DNA from: Planctomycetota bacterium
Lineage (GTDB): Bacteria > Planctomycetota > UBA1135
Direction of reading: 5' to 3'
NCBI GenBank assembly: GCA_045047305.1
Contig: JASFYO010000002.1
Coordinates: forward strand, 107,541-171,540
DNA length: 64,000 bases
Position numbers and translations under genes: made by a program. Under the pieces are notes generated by a model that did no database searches, was not told where the DNA came from, and saw only the letters and a program-made list of their open reading frames with translations. Shown here piece by piece: positions 46,243 to 55,606 of this stretch; position 1 is the stretch's first letter; each line of letters starts with the position of its first letter.

Positions 46243-46273
46243 CCGCCATGACGACGGACTCCCCGTTCAAAAG

Positions 46274-47647
46274 TTACAGGTTTTCCCAGCGCGCACGATG
46301 ATTCGCCTCGACCGTGGCAAAACTCAAGCCGAATGTACGTTCCCAGCCCTCTTCAAAGGTATGCCCACGCACATTCTGAAAAAGATTGTGCAACACACCA
46401 CGACCATATTCGTCTTCCAGCCAACCACAGAACGCCATCGAATAAAAATATGCCTGCGCAACTCGGTCCCGATCCGTCCACGCGGTCCAATTGGAATCCA
46501 AGTCCTGTACTGAAATCCGCAAAGGCAAACGCGCACGCAATCCATCGCGTGCTAATTCCACAGCATGGCCTTCTGCAATCTGCGCCATCCCCTCTTGCAG
46601 CCAAGTAGGAAGTCGGGTACCCAAAGTGAACAGCACGGCATGGGTTAGCTCATGGCGCAGAGTACTCCGAATAGCTTCTTTGCCGGCCGGATAGTCATCA
46701 ATCACAATGCGCACACGCCCATCATATAAACCACTGGACCAATCGGGCGCACGCCATTGATATTGCTCTGGGTCAAGCCACATCACTAGGATTCGTTGCT
46801 GTGGCTGAATACCGAGCAGGGCGACGACATCGGCGTAAGCTTCTTCTAAATCGCGCTTGAGGTCTGGAATCCATGCCACCATATCCGGGTCTTCTGGATC
46901 GAAGCGTGATTCGAAATGCGCGGTTGCGTCGGTCAGGAAAGTGCGATAAAGCTCTTCTTCGGTGCGCAACTGACTTGCGCGTTCGGCGAGATAAGGATCG
47001 TCTGGCGACTGCTCCAGCGCATCTGTAATTTCCTGCAGCGCACGTTGCAGGTCGCCCTCCAGCGCGGCAAGGTCGGCCGACAAGCGCAGCAACGCCGGCT
47101 GCTTGGGAAACTTCCCGAGCGCCGTATCCAAAACGGAACGCGCCTCTACCCGACGTCCGATGCGCAAATAAATCCGTGCAATTCCGTAGGCCGGAATACC
47201 CTCATCAGCATCCACTTCCTGCGCCTCCAGCAACAGCTTCACCGCTTTCGCATGCCGCCCAGAACTGCCTTCGAGGCCAGCCCACCGTCCGAGAGAGCGA
47301 GATAGGTTCAAGCGTATCACCACGTCTTCTGGTGCGAGCGCTACGGCCTCACGCAATAGCAGAACCGCTTGCTGCGGGTTCTTCTGCTCGAGTGCTGCTA
47401 AGGCGCGTTGATTGAGCTCTAAGGCATTCAGGCGTTGCACATCCCCTTGCCCGATTTCCTCAGCAAAGGCCAGTTCTTCGGCACTCGGCTCCACCGCGGT
47501 TTGCGCGAGCAAAGCTTCGCGTTGAATCACGGCTCTACCTTCAGATAGGTCTGGGATCGAAGTTTCTGCTTGCTCACTCTTATGCAAGTAAGCGTAGACG
47601 CCGCCGCCAAGCAGGAGTGCCGCCAAGATGAGATTGCGAAGATTCAT
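46274..47647 (-). CDS. Membrane-anchored/secreted TPR protein with a C-terminal peptidase MA-like (gluzincin) domain
   Basis: N-terminal hydrophobic segment, TPR-like repeats, LRHELTHA...PTWLQEGMA, AYFYS. Start re-set to MNLRNL, giving an ATGA overlap. Confidence 0.8.
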   Translation of the reverse strand: MNLRNLILAALLLGGGVYAYLHKSEQAETSIPDLSEGRAVIQREALLAQTAVEPSAEELAFAEEIGQGDVQRLNALELNQRALAALEQKNPQQAVLLLREAVALAPEDVVIRLNLSRSLGRWAGLEGSSGRHAKAVKLLLEAQEVDADEGIPAYGIARIYLRIGRRVEARSVLDTALGKFPKQPALLRLSADLAALEGDLQRALQEITDALEQSPDDPYLAERASQLRTEEELYRTFLTDATAHFESRFDPEDPDMVAWIPDLKRDLEEAYADVVALLGIQPQQRILVMWLDPEQYQWRAPDWSSGLYDGRVRIVIDDYPAGKEAIRSTLRHELTHAVLFTLGTRLPTWLQEGMAQIAEGHAVELARDGLRARLPLRISVQDLDSNWTAWTDRDRVAQAYFYSMAFCGWLEDEYGRGVLHNLFQNVRGHTFEEGWERTFGLSFATVEANHRARWENL

Positions 47648-48318
47648 GCGTGTAAAGATGGCAAGCCCCCTTGCGCCATCCAACCGCCACGTCGGTCGGC
47701 GAGGATGCGCTCCCAAGGGGCCACCGACCAAGGATAGCCGGATTCTGTGGAGAGCGTTTCGAGATAAATACGAACCTCTTGCAGTGACTCCGGGCGCAGG
47801 ATGCGACGCTCCTTAGCGCTGGCTAAATACAAATCGACTTCGATGGAACTGCCCCAACGCTCGCCATCCGCGGGAAGCAGCTGGCCAGCCGCAAGGTCCC
47901 TCTCCAGTACGGCATCCAAGAAGGCCGCGGCTGAGGCCAATACCAAGCTCAAGGTTGCACGCTGCGGATAACGCTGAATCCCTTGGCAATAGCCGGCAGC
48001 CAGGTCCAGGGCATCGGCATGTTCGGTCAGTTGCGGCCAGTATGGGAAATCACGGCATTGCGCTGGGCGCTCCGCGTAAATCGAGCAATGGGCATCTCCA
48101 TCTAAGAGAGAACAACTTCCATCTGCATTTTCCAAGATGGACAAACGATTGCCGACACGACGCACAAAGCGTTGCACGAATGGGTCTACTTGGACTCCGA
48201 AGGCGGCCGCCATCGCCGGTAAATCGGATTCTTCAAACCAAACTTGCCCATGCCCGACGCGGCAACAATTTCCACAGCGATGACAATCGAAGGAAAACGC
48301 CGGTGCCTTCTCGCTCAT
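47644..48318 (-). CDS. YkgJ-family cysteine-cluster (Fe-S/Zn) protein with a C-terminal extension
   Basis: FDCHRCGNCC, CSLL, CSIYAERPAQCRDFPYW, CQG. Confidence 0.88.
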   Translation of the reverse strand: MSEKAPAFSFDCHRCGNCCRVGHGQVWFEESDLPAMAAAFGVQVDPFVQRFVRRVGNRLSILENADGSCSLLDGDAHCSIYAERPAQCRDFPYWPQLTEHADALDLAAGYCQGIQRYPQRATLSLVLASAAAFLDAVLERDLAAGQLLPADGERWGSSIEVDLYLASAKERRILRPESLQEVRIYLETLSTESGYPWSVAPWERILADRRGGWMAQGGLPSLHA

Positions 48319-49322
48319 CGCGCCAAATGCGCTGCGATGTCTTCCATCAGCTCGGTCGGGGTGGAATAACGCACCTCGCGATCCTTGGCCATCATCTTCT
48401 CAATGAAGTAGTGCATATGCGGTGAAATCGAACGCCCCTTAAGAGCGGAACCTTTCAAGCTTTCAAGCACCTGTTTACGCACCATTTCCTGGTCGTCGCC
48501 CGCCTCAAAGGGTAGTGAACCCACTACTAAGTGATACAGGGTGGCGCCGAGGGAGTAAATATCTGCGCGGCCATCCAGATCTTGCATGCCTTGCGCTTGC
48601 TCCGGGGCCAGATATGCCGCCGTGCCCAAGGTGGTGCCTGCGCCTGCAGTACCCGTCATGCCTTCCCCAGCAAAACCGAGGTCAATCAACTTCACCCGGC
48701 CATCTTTCGCCACCATGACGTTGCCAGGCTTCAAATCGCGGTGCACCACGCCCTGCCCGCGCATGCCCTCCAGCGCCTCAGCCACTTGCAGCACAATGGA
48801 AAGGGCTTGCTTCTCACCAAACTCATGACCTTCGGCGAGCATGTCTTCCAAATTCTTGCCAGGCACCTTCTCCATTTCCAAGATGATGGTACCGATGAAG
48901 CGGAAGGCGCGAAACCCGCGCACCACTCCAGGGACATGCAAGTCCTTAAGTAACTTCACTTCCTGTAGAAAACGCTTAGCCGCAATCGGATCGACGGCTA
49001 AATCAGGGCGCAATATTTTCAGAGCAACGTGCTTAAAATCCTTATTACGCTGCGCTGCGAAGACTTCCGCAGTGGCACCTGTTCCGAGTAATGCGCCCAT
49101 CTTGAACCCAGGAATCTCCGGTTTCTGCATCACCTTGGTGCGGCGCAGGAACGCAATCCTGGCAGCATCCCAATCGGTGACAGCCGCTAAAGCATCATCG
49201 AAAGGCACTTCGGCTGCGGCTTCTAAGACGACTGTCGCCAACTCCCGCGCAAGGTATCCGCGGAAAACTAGTTGAGCGAGGAAGCTTTGATCCTCAGCTG
49301 GCACGGGTGGTGATGCCGCCAT
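48315..49322 (-). CDS. Cytoplasmic Hanks-type Ser/Thr protein kinase
   Basis: GTGATAEV, VALK, HRDLKPGN, DLG, GTAAYLAPE, DIYSLG. No TM segment. Confidence 0.93.
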   Translation of the reverse strand: MAASPPVPAEDQSFLAQLVFRGYLARELATVVLEAAAEVPFDDALAAVTDWDAARIAFLRRTKVMQKPEIPGFKMGALLGTGATAEVFAAQRNKDFKHVALKILRPDLAVDPIAAKRFLQEVKLLKDLHVPGVVRGFRAFRFIGTIILEMEKVPGKNLEDMLAEGHEFGEKQALSIVLQVAEALEGMRGQGVVHRDLKPGNVMVAKDGRVKLIDLGFAGEGMTGTAGAGTTLGTAAYLAPEQAQGMQDLDGRADIYSLGATLYHLVVGSLPFEAGDDQEMVRKQVLESLKGSALKGRSISPHMHYFIEKMMAKDREVRYSTPTELMEDIAAHLAR

Positions 49323-49336
49323 CAGGCCAACATCCT

Positions 49337-49418
49337 ATATCGGCGAAGGCAGCGTGGGAACTTTAGGCTTCGGGCGCAAAGCCTTTGGACTCAAGCAAGA
49401 AAGCTGAGAAGCCGAAAT
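49337..49418. promoter_or_regulatory. Back-to-back sigma28-like promoter motifs
   Basis: Minus strand TAAAG-N16-GCCGATAT (49365-49337); plus strand TCAAG-N15-GCCGAAAT (49391-49418). Spacers are 1-2 nt longer than the enteric/Bacillus consensus. Confidence 0.4.
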
Positions 49419-49462
49419 AACCACGTCTGGCATTTTCCCGCCAGGCCACCCCACTGCCTGTC

Positions 49463-50749
49463 ATGTCTAACGGAACCGGAATCGTCTACAAATACTTCGA
49501 CCTCATCGACGGGTTTATCCGCGTCAGAGTCTTGGGCCAAGATGTCTCACTCTCAGTGTTGCAGAAAGGTGTGGGCGAACCCCCTAGTCGCAGAGAATAC
49601 CGCCGCTTGGTAGTGGAAAACTGTGTCATTGGAGTCGAAGACGAAGTGTTGCCCAAGGTGCACTCCATCTACCCAGAAGACACCATCGCAGCGGAAGATT
49701 TGCTGTATCAGATTTGTGTCGACGTCAATCCAAGCCTGGAAATCCATTCGGTTGCTTTGCCAGCAGAGGGTGCTCAAGAAGAAGTTGAAGACGAGGCCAT
49801 GGAATCATTCCGTGAGCGCGCAGGTTTACTCCGCAACGCGGTGCTCAAGGAGTTGATTGGGCAAGATGAGGCCGTCAATAAGATCTGCCGTACGGTGCGC
49901 AAAGCCGCAAGTGGGATTGGAGACCCGCAACGTCCGGTTGGAAGTTTCCTTCTAGTAGGACGCACCGGAACTGGCAAAACTGAGCTGGCAAAATCGCTCG
50001 CACGCCATCTATTCGAAAGTAACAACCTAGTCCGTATTGATTGTTCTGAGTTCGCTCTCCCCCACGAAACAGCGAAACTCATCGGTGCCCCTCCTGGATA
50101 CGTTGGCCACAACGATGGCGGAACACTTACCGAAGCGCTGATGCGCGACCCCCACGCGGTAGTGCTCTTCGACGAGATTGAGAAAGGTCACGAAAAGTTG
50201 CACAACATGCTGCTTCAGATTCTGGACGACGGCCGCCTTACCGACAGTAAAGGCAACACGGTTTCCTTCACCAAATCCTTGGTGTTGATGACATCGAACG
50301 TAGGCACGGCAGATTACTCCGAAGCGACCAATCGCCTTGGCTTTGGCCGCAATGGTAGTTTGGATGATTGTGATTTCCAGTCGATTACCTCCGAAGCCTT
50401 ACGCCGGAGCTTTAAGCCAGAGTTGATGAACCGTCTCGACGGAGTCCTCACCTTCCGCGCTTTGTCTCCGGATGACTGCACGCATATCGCAGAACTGCAA
50501 TTGCAGAAACTGCGCAGCCGCATGGACAATGCTGGCATCCGCCTGAAGTGGTCGAAACGCCTAGCGAAAGCCGTTGCCGAGGCCGGTTATTGTGAAGAAT
50601 TCGGCGCTCGGGAAGTGCGGCGTGCGATTGCACGTCTGGTAGAAGAACCACTCTCCAACGCCATTCTGGATGGAGAATTCGCCTCAGGCCATAAAGTCAC
50701 CGCCGGTTGGCGTGGCGGCAAGGTGATTTTCCGCGGCGACGCTGCCTAA
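49463..50749 (+). CDS. Clp/Hsp100-type ATPase with a single ClpA/B/C D2-like AAA+ module and an unrecognised N-terminal domain
   Basis: LIGQDEAV, GRTGTGKTELAK, LIGAPPGYVG, VLFDEIEK, LLQILDDGRLTD, MTSN, LGF, FKPELMNRLD, FGAREVRR. Confidence 0.88.
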   Translation: MSNGTGIVYKYFDLIDGFIRVRVLGQDVSLSVLQKGVGEPPSRREYRRLVVENCVIGVEDEVLPKVHSIYPEDTIAAEDLLYQICVDVNPSLEIHSVALPAEGAQEEVEDEAMESFRERAGLLRNAVLKELIGQDEAVNKICRTVRKAASGIGDPQRPVGSFLLVGRTGTGKTELAKSLARHLFESNNLVRIDCSEFALPHETAKLIGAPPGYVGHNDGGTLTEALMRDPHAVVLFDEIEKGHEKLHNMLLQILDDGRLTDSKGNTVSFTKSLVLMTSNVGTADYSEATNRLGFGRNGSLDDCDFQSITSEALRRSFKPELMNRLDGVLTFRALSPDDCTHIAELQLQKLRSRMDNAGIRLKWSKRLAKAVAEAGYCEEFGAREVRRAIARLVEEPLSNAILDGEFASGHKVTAGWRGGKVIFRGDAA

Positions 50750-50805
50750 TCCGCGTCCAAACTGCAGGGTTACCCACCACCGAGGCAAGGCTATCCTGTG
50801 CCTCG

Positions 50806-52197
50806 ATGTTGGCTGCCCTCCTCCTTTCACTCCCGATTGCCCTAGCGTCTGCTGCGCAGGAGCAAGCCCCATTGCGCCTCAAGCAAGACCAAGTTGCGGT
50901 GTGGAATGGTGGCTCCATTAGCCAAGATCGGTTTGACCGTTTCCTCGGTGCCAACGCGCATTATCAAGAAACTGGGCGCGAGGCTTTAACCCACATCTTG
51001 CAAATCCAAGTGGTACAGATTGAAGCCGATGCGCGAGGGCTGAAAGTCGATTCCAAAGCAGTCGACGCAAGGGTCCAAGATGCGCGTGAGCAGATCGAGC
51101 TTGCTGGAAAAAGCCTGGAGGTTCTACTCAGTGCCCGCCAAATGGGAATGAAGGAATTCCGTTCCTTGATGCGCGACTCCTTGCTTCACGAACAACTGGT
51201 ACGAGCCGACCGCAACCTTCCAGAATCCGCGGCCTTAACTCCAGAAATGCTGCTCGAGTGGACCAATGCGCGCATCGCTGAGCTCCTAGTGCTCTCGGCT
51301 TCCGCGCCGACTGGGATGATGCTCGACGCCCCCCCTTTCCGCGTCTCGGAACAAGAGGTTGGCGCCATCATCCGCCAAACGACTGGCAACGAAGACCTGG
51401 TGGATCGCGTGGAGCAGCTTGTTTTGATGGAAGCCTTGCCGCAATGGGCTGCAAGGCAGAAGATCCCACTGACCGACGACATCCTCCACCGCGAGATTGA
51501 ATGGCGGCGTAAACGCGTGGATGAAAATCCAGCCTATGGTGGCACCACTTATGAAGATTTACTGAAGGTGCGCAACTCCACCGTGGAGGCCGTGTTCAAA
51601 TCAGAAGAACTGCGGGTTGCTGGTTATCTTCGATTACTGGCAGCGCAGCGCTATCCCGATTCGTGGTTTGATGGCTTGAGCAGCAAGCAACGCAGTGCCT
51701 TTGACAATGAATACGGTGCCTCGCGCCGAGTGGGTTGGATTTTGATGCGCGCGCATGAAGAAAAAGAAGGCCCCTTAGATCTCACTTTTGAAGAAGCTAG
51801 CGATGAGCTATTGAAACTGCGAGATCGCATCAAGAGCGCGGATGATTTCCGCTCGATTGCGGCAGATTACTCGGAAGACCAAATCACCGGCCGACGTCAA
51901 GGCATGCTCGGTTGGGTACATCGTCAGGAGGAAGGGGTGACTCCGCAAATTTGCGCAGCTGCCTTTGAGGCTCCGGGAAAGGGCATTTTCGGCCCGGTAA
52001 AAATCACCGACCCAAACCCCTTTGCTCCCGTCAGTGGTATGGCCTTAATCCTCGTCGACGGAGTGCGTGAAGCTCCATCCGAAGCCGATTTCCGTGCTCT
52101 AGTACGTCGCGGCCAGCACCGCCAACTACGCTCCCAGTTCTTAAACGAAATCAACTTAACCAGCCGCTGGACCCGACGCTTCGACAAAGCACATTAG
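50806..52197 (+). CDS. Secreted SurA/PrsA-like foldase with a C-terminal parvulin-like domain
   Basis: Signal peptide, two SurA-N-like blocks, FRSIAADYSED...GMLGW...AAF...GPV. Start re-set to MLAALLL. Confidence 0.75.
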   Translation: MLAALLLSLPIALASAAQEQAPLRLKQDQVAVWNGGSISQDRFDRFLGANAHYQETGREALTHILQIQVVQIEADARGLKVDSKAVDARVQDAREQIELAGKSLEVLLSARQMGMKEFRSLMRDSLLHEQLVRADRNLPESAALTPEMLLEWTNARIAELLVLSASAPTGMMLDAPPFRVSEQEVGAIIRQTTGNEDLVDRVEQLVLMEALPQWAARQKIPLTDDILHREIEWRRKRVDENPAYGGTTYEDLLKVRNSTVEAVFKSEELRVAGYLRLLAAQRYPDSWFDGLSSKQRSAFDNEYGASRRVGWILMRAHEEKEGPLDLTFEEASDELLKLRDRIKSADDFRSIAADYSEDQITGRRQGMLGWVHRQEEGVTPQICAAAFEAPGKGIFGPVKITDPNPFAPVSGMALILVDGVREAPSEADFRALVRRGQHRQLRSQFLNEINLTSRWTRRFDKAH

Positions 52198-53381
52198 TCT
52201 TTAGGACCGGCTGGTTGCGGCATGCTCTGTTGATTCAATGAAAGCAGACTCATTGCAGTTCCAAAGTGGGAGCTGCGTGGGAAAACACGGTCGTTGAAGG
52301 TCCAGGAATCCGCATCCATGCTTTGCAGAAGCAGTTCAGAGTAACTTGTGCGCAGAGCCGGACGCTCTTCCTCGGGCAGCTGCTCCATCGCTAAGGACGC
52401 GTAGTAATGCGCATAATAAAAGTAGTACGGAGCGATTCCATATTCGCCTTTATGCGTTCCAGTTTTCGCGCGACGCTTCTCCAACTCTTCCCAATGCTTG
52501 AGAAAGTTATGCACCGCGATGCGGAGATCCTTTTCTTCGCTCAAGCCTGCAAGCCCAAGCACGACTTCCACCGCAGGGCTGCGACCAATCGTGCCAGGCA
52601 TTTTGCTTAACCCTCCCGTCGAGGTGTAGGCGTAAACACCCGCATCAACCTTTGCGGCAAGCAGAGATTTAAGCGCTAGCTCCACCACCGCATCCTCGAT
52701 GGCATAACCTTGTTCTTGAGCTTGCCATAAAGCAAGGATTGCCGGAGCCGTCATAAAAGGCGAAGAAGCAGCGGGTTCTCCAGCGCCAGAACGTCGAGCG
52801 TAATTCCAACCACCGGTTTGCGGAATGGCATTGCCCTGGAGGGTCTCCACCAACCAAGCTATGCGTTGGCTGACATCTACTTCAAGTGCTTCAGGAACTG
52901 CGGCCTTCGCCTCCATGCGCAACAAAAAGTTGAGCGCGTAAATGATGCCCCAGTCGCGGACGTCGTAAGTGCTGGCAAAGCCCGGCTGCATTGGTTTCTG
53001 CTCGAGCGCCGCCAAGACGAAACGCAACCCCCGCTCCACCGCTTCCTGCGCGGCATCATTGGTGGCATAAGATGCATCTTCCAATAGAGACCAAGCGCAA
53101 ATCGCCGTGCCTCCCACGCGATAGCCCAACGGGATTTTGCCACGCTCCCGATAAACACCCTCATAGGGCCACTCCCACCTTTCCTCGGACTTACCGATCG
53201 TCTCTTGGCCGCCAAGAAGGTGCAGCACTCCCGCCTTGCGCACCATCACGAGGAAATCCTCTGTGTCTAAGGGGGCGATTTGTGATTCCCGAGGAACCTG
53301 TGGAGCTTTCTTTTGTGCGGCAAAGCCTGGGATGGAGATAAGCAGCAAAACAATCCCAGGCAAAAGGTGATGACGCTTCAT
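52194..53381 (-). CDS. Secreted prenyltransferase/squalene-oxidase-repeat (alpha/alpha toroid) protein
   Basis: Signal peptide, AVERGLRFVL, GGWNY, TAPAILALWQA, GVYAY, YYFYYAHYY, FGTAMSLL. Confidence 0.65.
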   Translation of the reverse strand: MKRHHLLPGIVLLLISIPGFAAQKKAPQVPRESQIAPLDTEDFLVMVRKAGVLHLLGGQETIGKSEERWEWPYEGVYRERGKIPLGYRVGGTAICAWSLLEDASYATNDAAQEAVERGLRFVLAALEQKPMQPGFASTYDVRDWGIIYALNFLLRMEAKAAVPEALEVDVSQRIAWLVETLQGNAIPQTGGWNYARRSGAGEPAASSPFMTAPAILALWQAQEQGYAIEDAVVELALKSLLAAKVDAGVYAYTSTGGLSKMPGTIGRSPAVEVVLGLAGLSEEKDLRIAVHNFLKHWEELEKRRAKTGTHKGEYGIAPYYFYYAHYYASLAMEQLPEEERPALRTSYSELLLQSMDADSWTFNDRVFPRSSHFGTAMSLLSLNQQSMPQPAGPKD

Positions 53382-53403
53382 GCCACCATGTTAACCAGCT
53401 TCC

Positions 53404-54795
53404 TTAGCAGCTAAGCCGGAACTCTTCGCGGTTGGCGAAAGTTGCCGCGATTTCCTGAGCACGTTGCTCGTATCCCTCACACCCCATGAGTGCGAGTGCG
53501 GCGATCTTCCCAGCCTCCACACCTGGTTGATCAAAAGGATCAATCCCGATGATGCCGCCGGCATAGGCGGTAGCGATCTGCATGAACTGAAAGTATTGAC
53601 CGAGGTGAAAGGCATCCATCTTGCACATTTCAATCACGCAAACCGGACGTCCGGAGTCGAGTAAGGCAACCTCAGTTCCCTGCCGCTCTTGCTCCATCAG
53701 TTCGCTTAAGTTGCGACCTTTCAAATGCTCAAACGCAGGCGACTTCACGAAGGGTTGTGGGATTTGAACCTCGCGGGAAAACTTCCCCAGCTTCAACATG
53801 GTGTAAACCTTGTCGTCGGGCCCTTCGACGTATAGCTGCGCTTGACTATGTTGATCGGTAGGACCAACCGCCTTCACTGGAGTGGGGCCAACATGCACCG
53901 TCTCCCCCGCGAGGTTATGGCGCTTGCCTAAAGACTCCGCCCACAATTGCTTGTACCAGTCTGCCAAGTAACGCAAACGATGAGCATAAGCAAAATGCAC
54001 ATGCACTGGCTTACCTTGCTCCATATAAAGCATGTGACTTAATGCGTAGAGCAAGGCAGGATCTTCTTGCGGCGCGCACTCGCGTAATTTCTTGTCCACG
54101 CGGGCAGCACCTGCATGAATCGATTCTACATCGAGCCCTGCCATTTCTGCGGTGAACATGCCCACTGGTGACATCACTGAAAAGCGTCCACCAACACCGT
54201 CTGGAACTTCCAAGGTGAAAAACCCTAGATCATCGCAGATGCTACGGAAATGGCCGTTTACCGGGTCGGTGGTAATGGTAAAGCGTTCGCGCGCAGCTTT
54301 TTCATCGCCGTTGCAGGCAGCCAAAACGTGATGCCAAGCGATCAGGAATTCAGAACTGGTTTCAATCGTTCCACCCGACTTCGAAATCACGTTGACGTGA
54401 GTGCGATCCATCGGGACCTTTTCAAAGAACTCGCCCAACCAATCAGGGTCCACGTTGTCCAAAACGAATACGCGCGGTTGCCCTTCTTCTGGCGCCCACT
54501 CTTGATAGATGGGCGCTAATGCTGAAATCATCGCCGTATTGCCGAGCGCAGAACCACCGATGCCAAGCACTATAAAGTAATCCACATCGCCACGCGCCTT
54601 CACTTCTTTGGCGCGGTCACGGCAAGCTTGCTGCAGTTCTGTACGCGTGTGCAGGGAACGCCATACAGGGACATCGGCCAGGTGGGCTTCGCGAGCGGCG
54701 ATGGCACGTGGGAGAGCGTCGGTGAGGGATTGGCGGGTAAGGCGGGCATCGGTGCCATCGCCAAACAAACCACTGAAGTCGAGATGAAGAGCCAT
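53404..54795 (-). CDS. pgi: Glucose-6-phosphate isomerase
   Basis: GIGGSALG, ISKSGGTIET, GVGGRFSV, QLWAESLGK, DQHS, DPFDQPGVEAGK. Confidence 0.97.
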   Translation of the reverse strand: MALHLDFSGLFGDGTDARLTRQSLTDALPRAIAAREAHLADVPVWRSLHTRTELQQACRDRAKEVKARGDVDYFIVLGIGGSALGNTAMISALAPIYQEWAPEEGQPRVFVLDNVDPDWLGEFFEKVPMDRTHVNVISKSGGTIETSSEFLIAWHHVLAACNGDEKAARERFTITTDPVNGHFRSICDDLGFFTLEVPDGVGGRFSVMSPVGMFTAEMAGLDVESIHAGAARVDKKLRECAPQEDPALLYALSHMLYMEQGKPVHVHFAYAHRLRYLADWYKQLWAESLGKRHNLAGETVHVGPTPVKAVGPTDQHSQAQLYVEGPDDKVYTMLKLGKFSREVQIPQPFVKSPAFEHLKGRNLSELMEQERQGTEVALLDSGRPVCVIEMCKMDAFHLGQYFQFMQIATAYAGGIIGIDPFDQPGVEAGKIAALALMGCEGYEQRAQEIAATFANREEFRLSC

Positions 54796-55478
54796 TAGAT
54801 TCGTCGTCCTCCGAAGAGGCTAGTTGCGTAGTAAAGCAGAGTGGCGATGCCGGCTAAGGCAGCGGCCACGTAAGTCATGGCTGCGGCATTGAGAACCGCG
54901 GTGGTGCCATCGGCCTCTTGCTGGGTGCGCAAGAGATTCAGTTGATCGAGGGAGACAAGCGCGCGTTTGGAGGCGTCGATTTCCACCGGCAGGGTGATCA
55001 ATTGGAACACCACCACGCCAAGGTAAAACACCAGGCCAACAGCAGCCAAGGCAGGGTTCCGTAACACCATGCCGAGTAGGATGAACGGCATCCCCAGCAG
55101 GTTTCCTAAACGGGCACTTGGCACGGTCAGGTTGCGGAGGGCAAGCCCACCGTATTGCTCCGCGTGTTGCAACGCATGCCCAGCCTCATGGGCGGCCACC
55201 CCCAGGGAGGCTATGGAACGTCCGTCGAAGACGTCTGGCGACAAGCATAAGAGCCTGGATTTAGGGTCGTAGTGGTCGCTCAACAAACCTTCGCTCTTCT
55301 CTACAGTCACCGCGGCGAGGCCAGCCTGACGCAGAATCATGCGCGCGACCTCGGCTCCAGAGAGACCCGCCTGATTCGGGATTGCCTGATTGACGCGGAA
55401 TTGTTGCTTTACGCAATGTTGCGCCCACATTCCGAGCGCGGAAGCGAGAATTACGAAAAGCAAGGCAAGTAGCAACAT
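54795..55478 (-). CDS. YugP-like membrane neutral zinc metallopeptidase
   Basis: GAEVAR, LSDHYDP, VAAHEAGHALQH, TLPVEIDASKRA, AAAMTYVAA. Confidence 0.93.
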   Translation of the reverse strand: MLLLALLFVILASALGMWAQHCVKQQFRVNQAIPNQAGLSGAEVARMILRQAGLAAVTVEKSEGLLSDHYDPKSRLLCLSPDVFDGRSIASLGVAAHEAGHALQHAEQYGGLALRNLTVPSARLGNLLGMPFILLGMVLRNPALAAVGLVFYLGVVVFQLITLPVEIDASKRALVSLDQLNLLRTQQEADGTTAVLNAAAMTYVAAALAGIATLLYYATSLFGGRRI

Positions 55479-55606
55479 GAGTCACAAAGATTCTAGCTGC
55501 AACGGTGAAAATTCCTGCCTTTGTCTTCCAGGATTGCCGATAAAAAGGCAAGATTCTTGGCACGTGGGGCGTCGTAACCACGTCCCACTCTGCCAGCTTA
55601 GAACTC

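Noticed and set aside
46196..46249. Short out-of-frame ORF (MADEYFLVLYAPCFYLE) with a GGGGAG SD overlapping the radC start
   Set aside because: It is too short to support without conservation or ribosome data and is plausibly chance.
55536..55543. GCCGATAA sigma28 -10 box upstream of 55607
   Set aside because: There is no matching TAAA/TCAA -35 element at a suitable distance.
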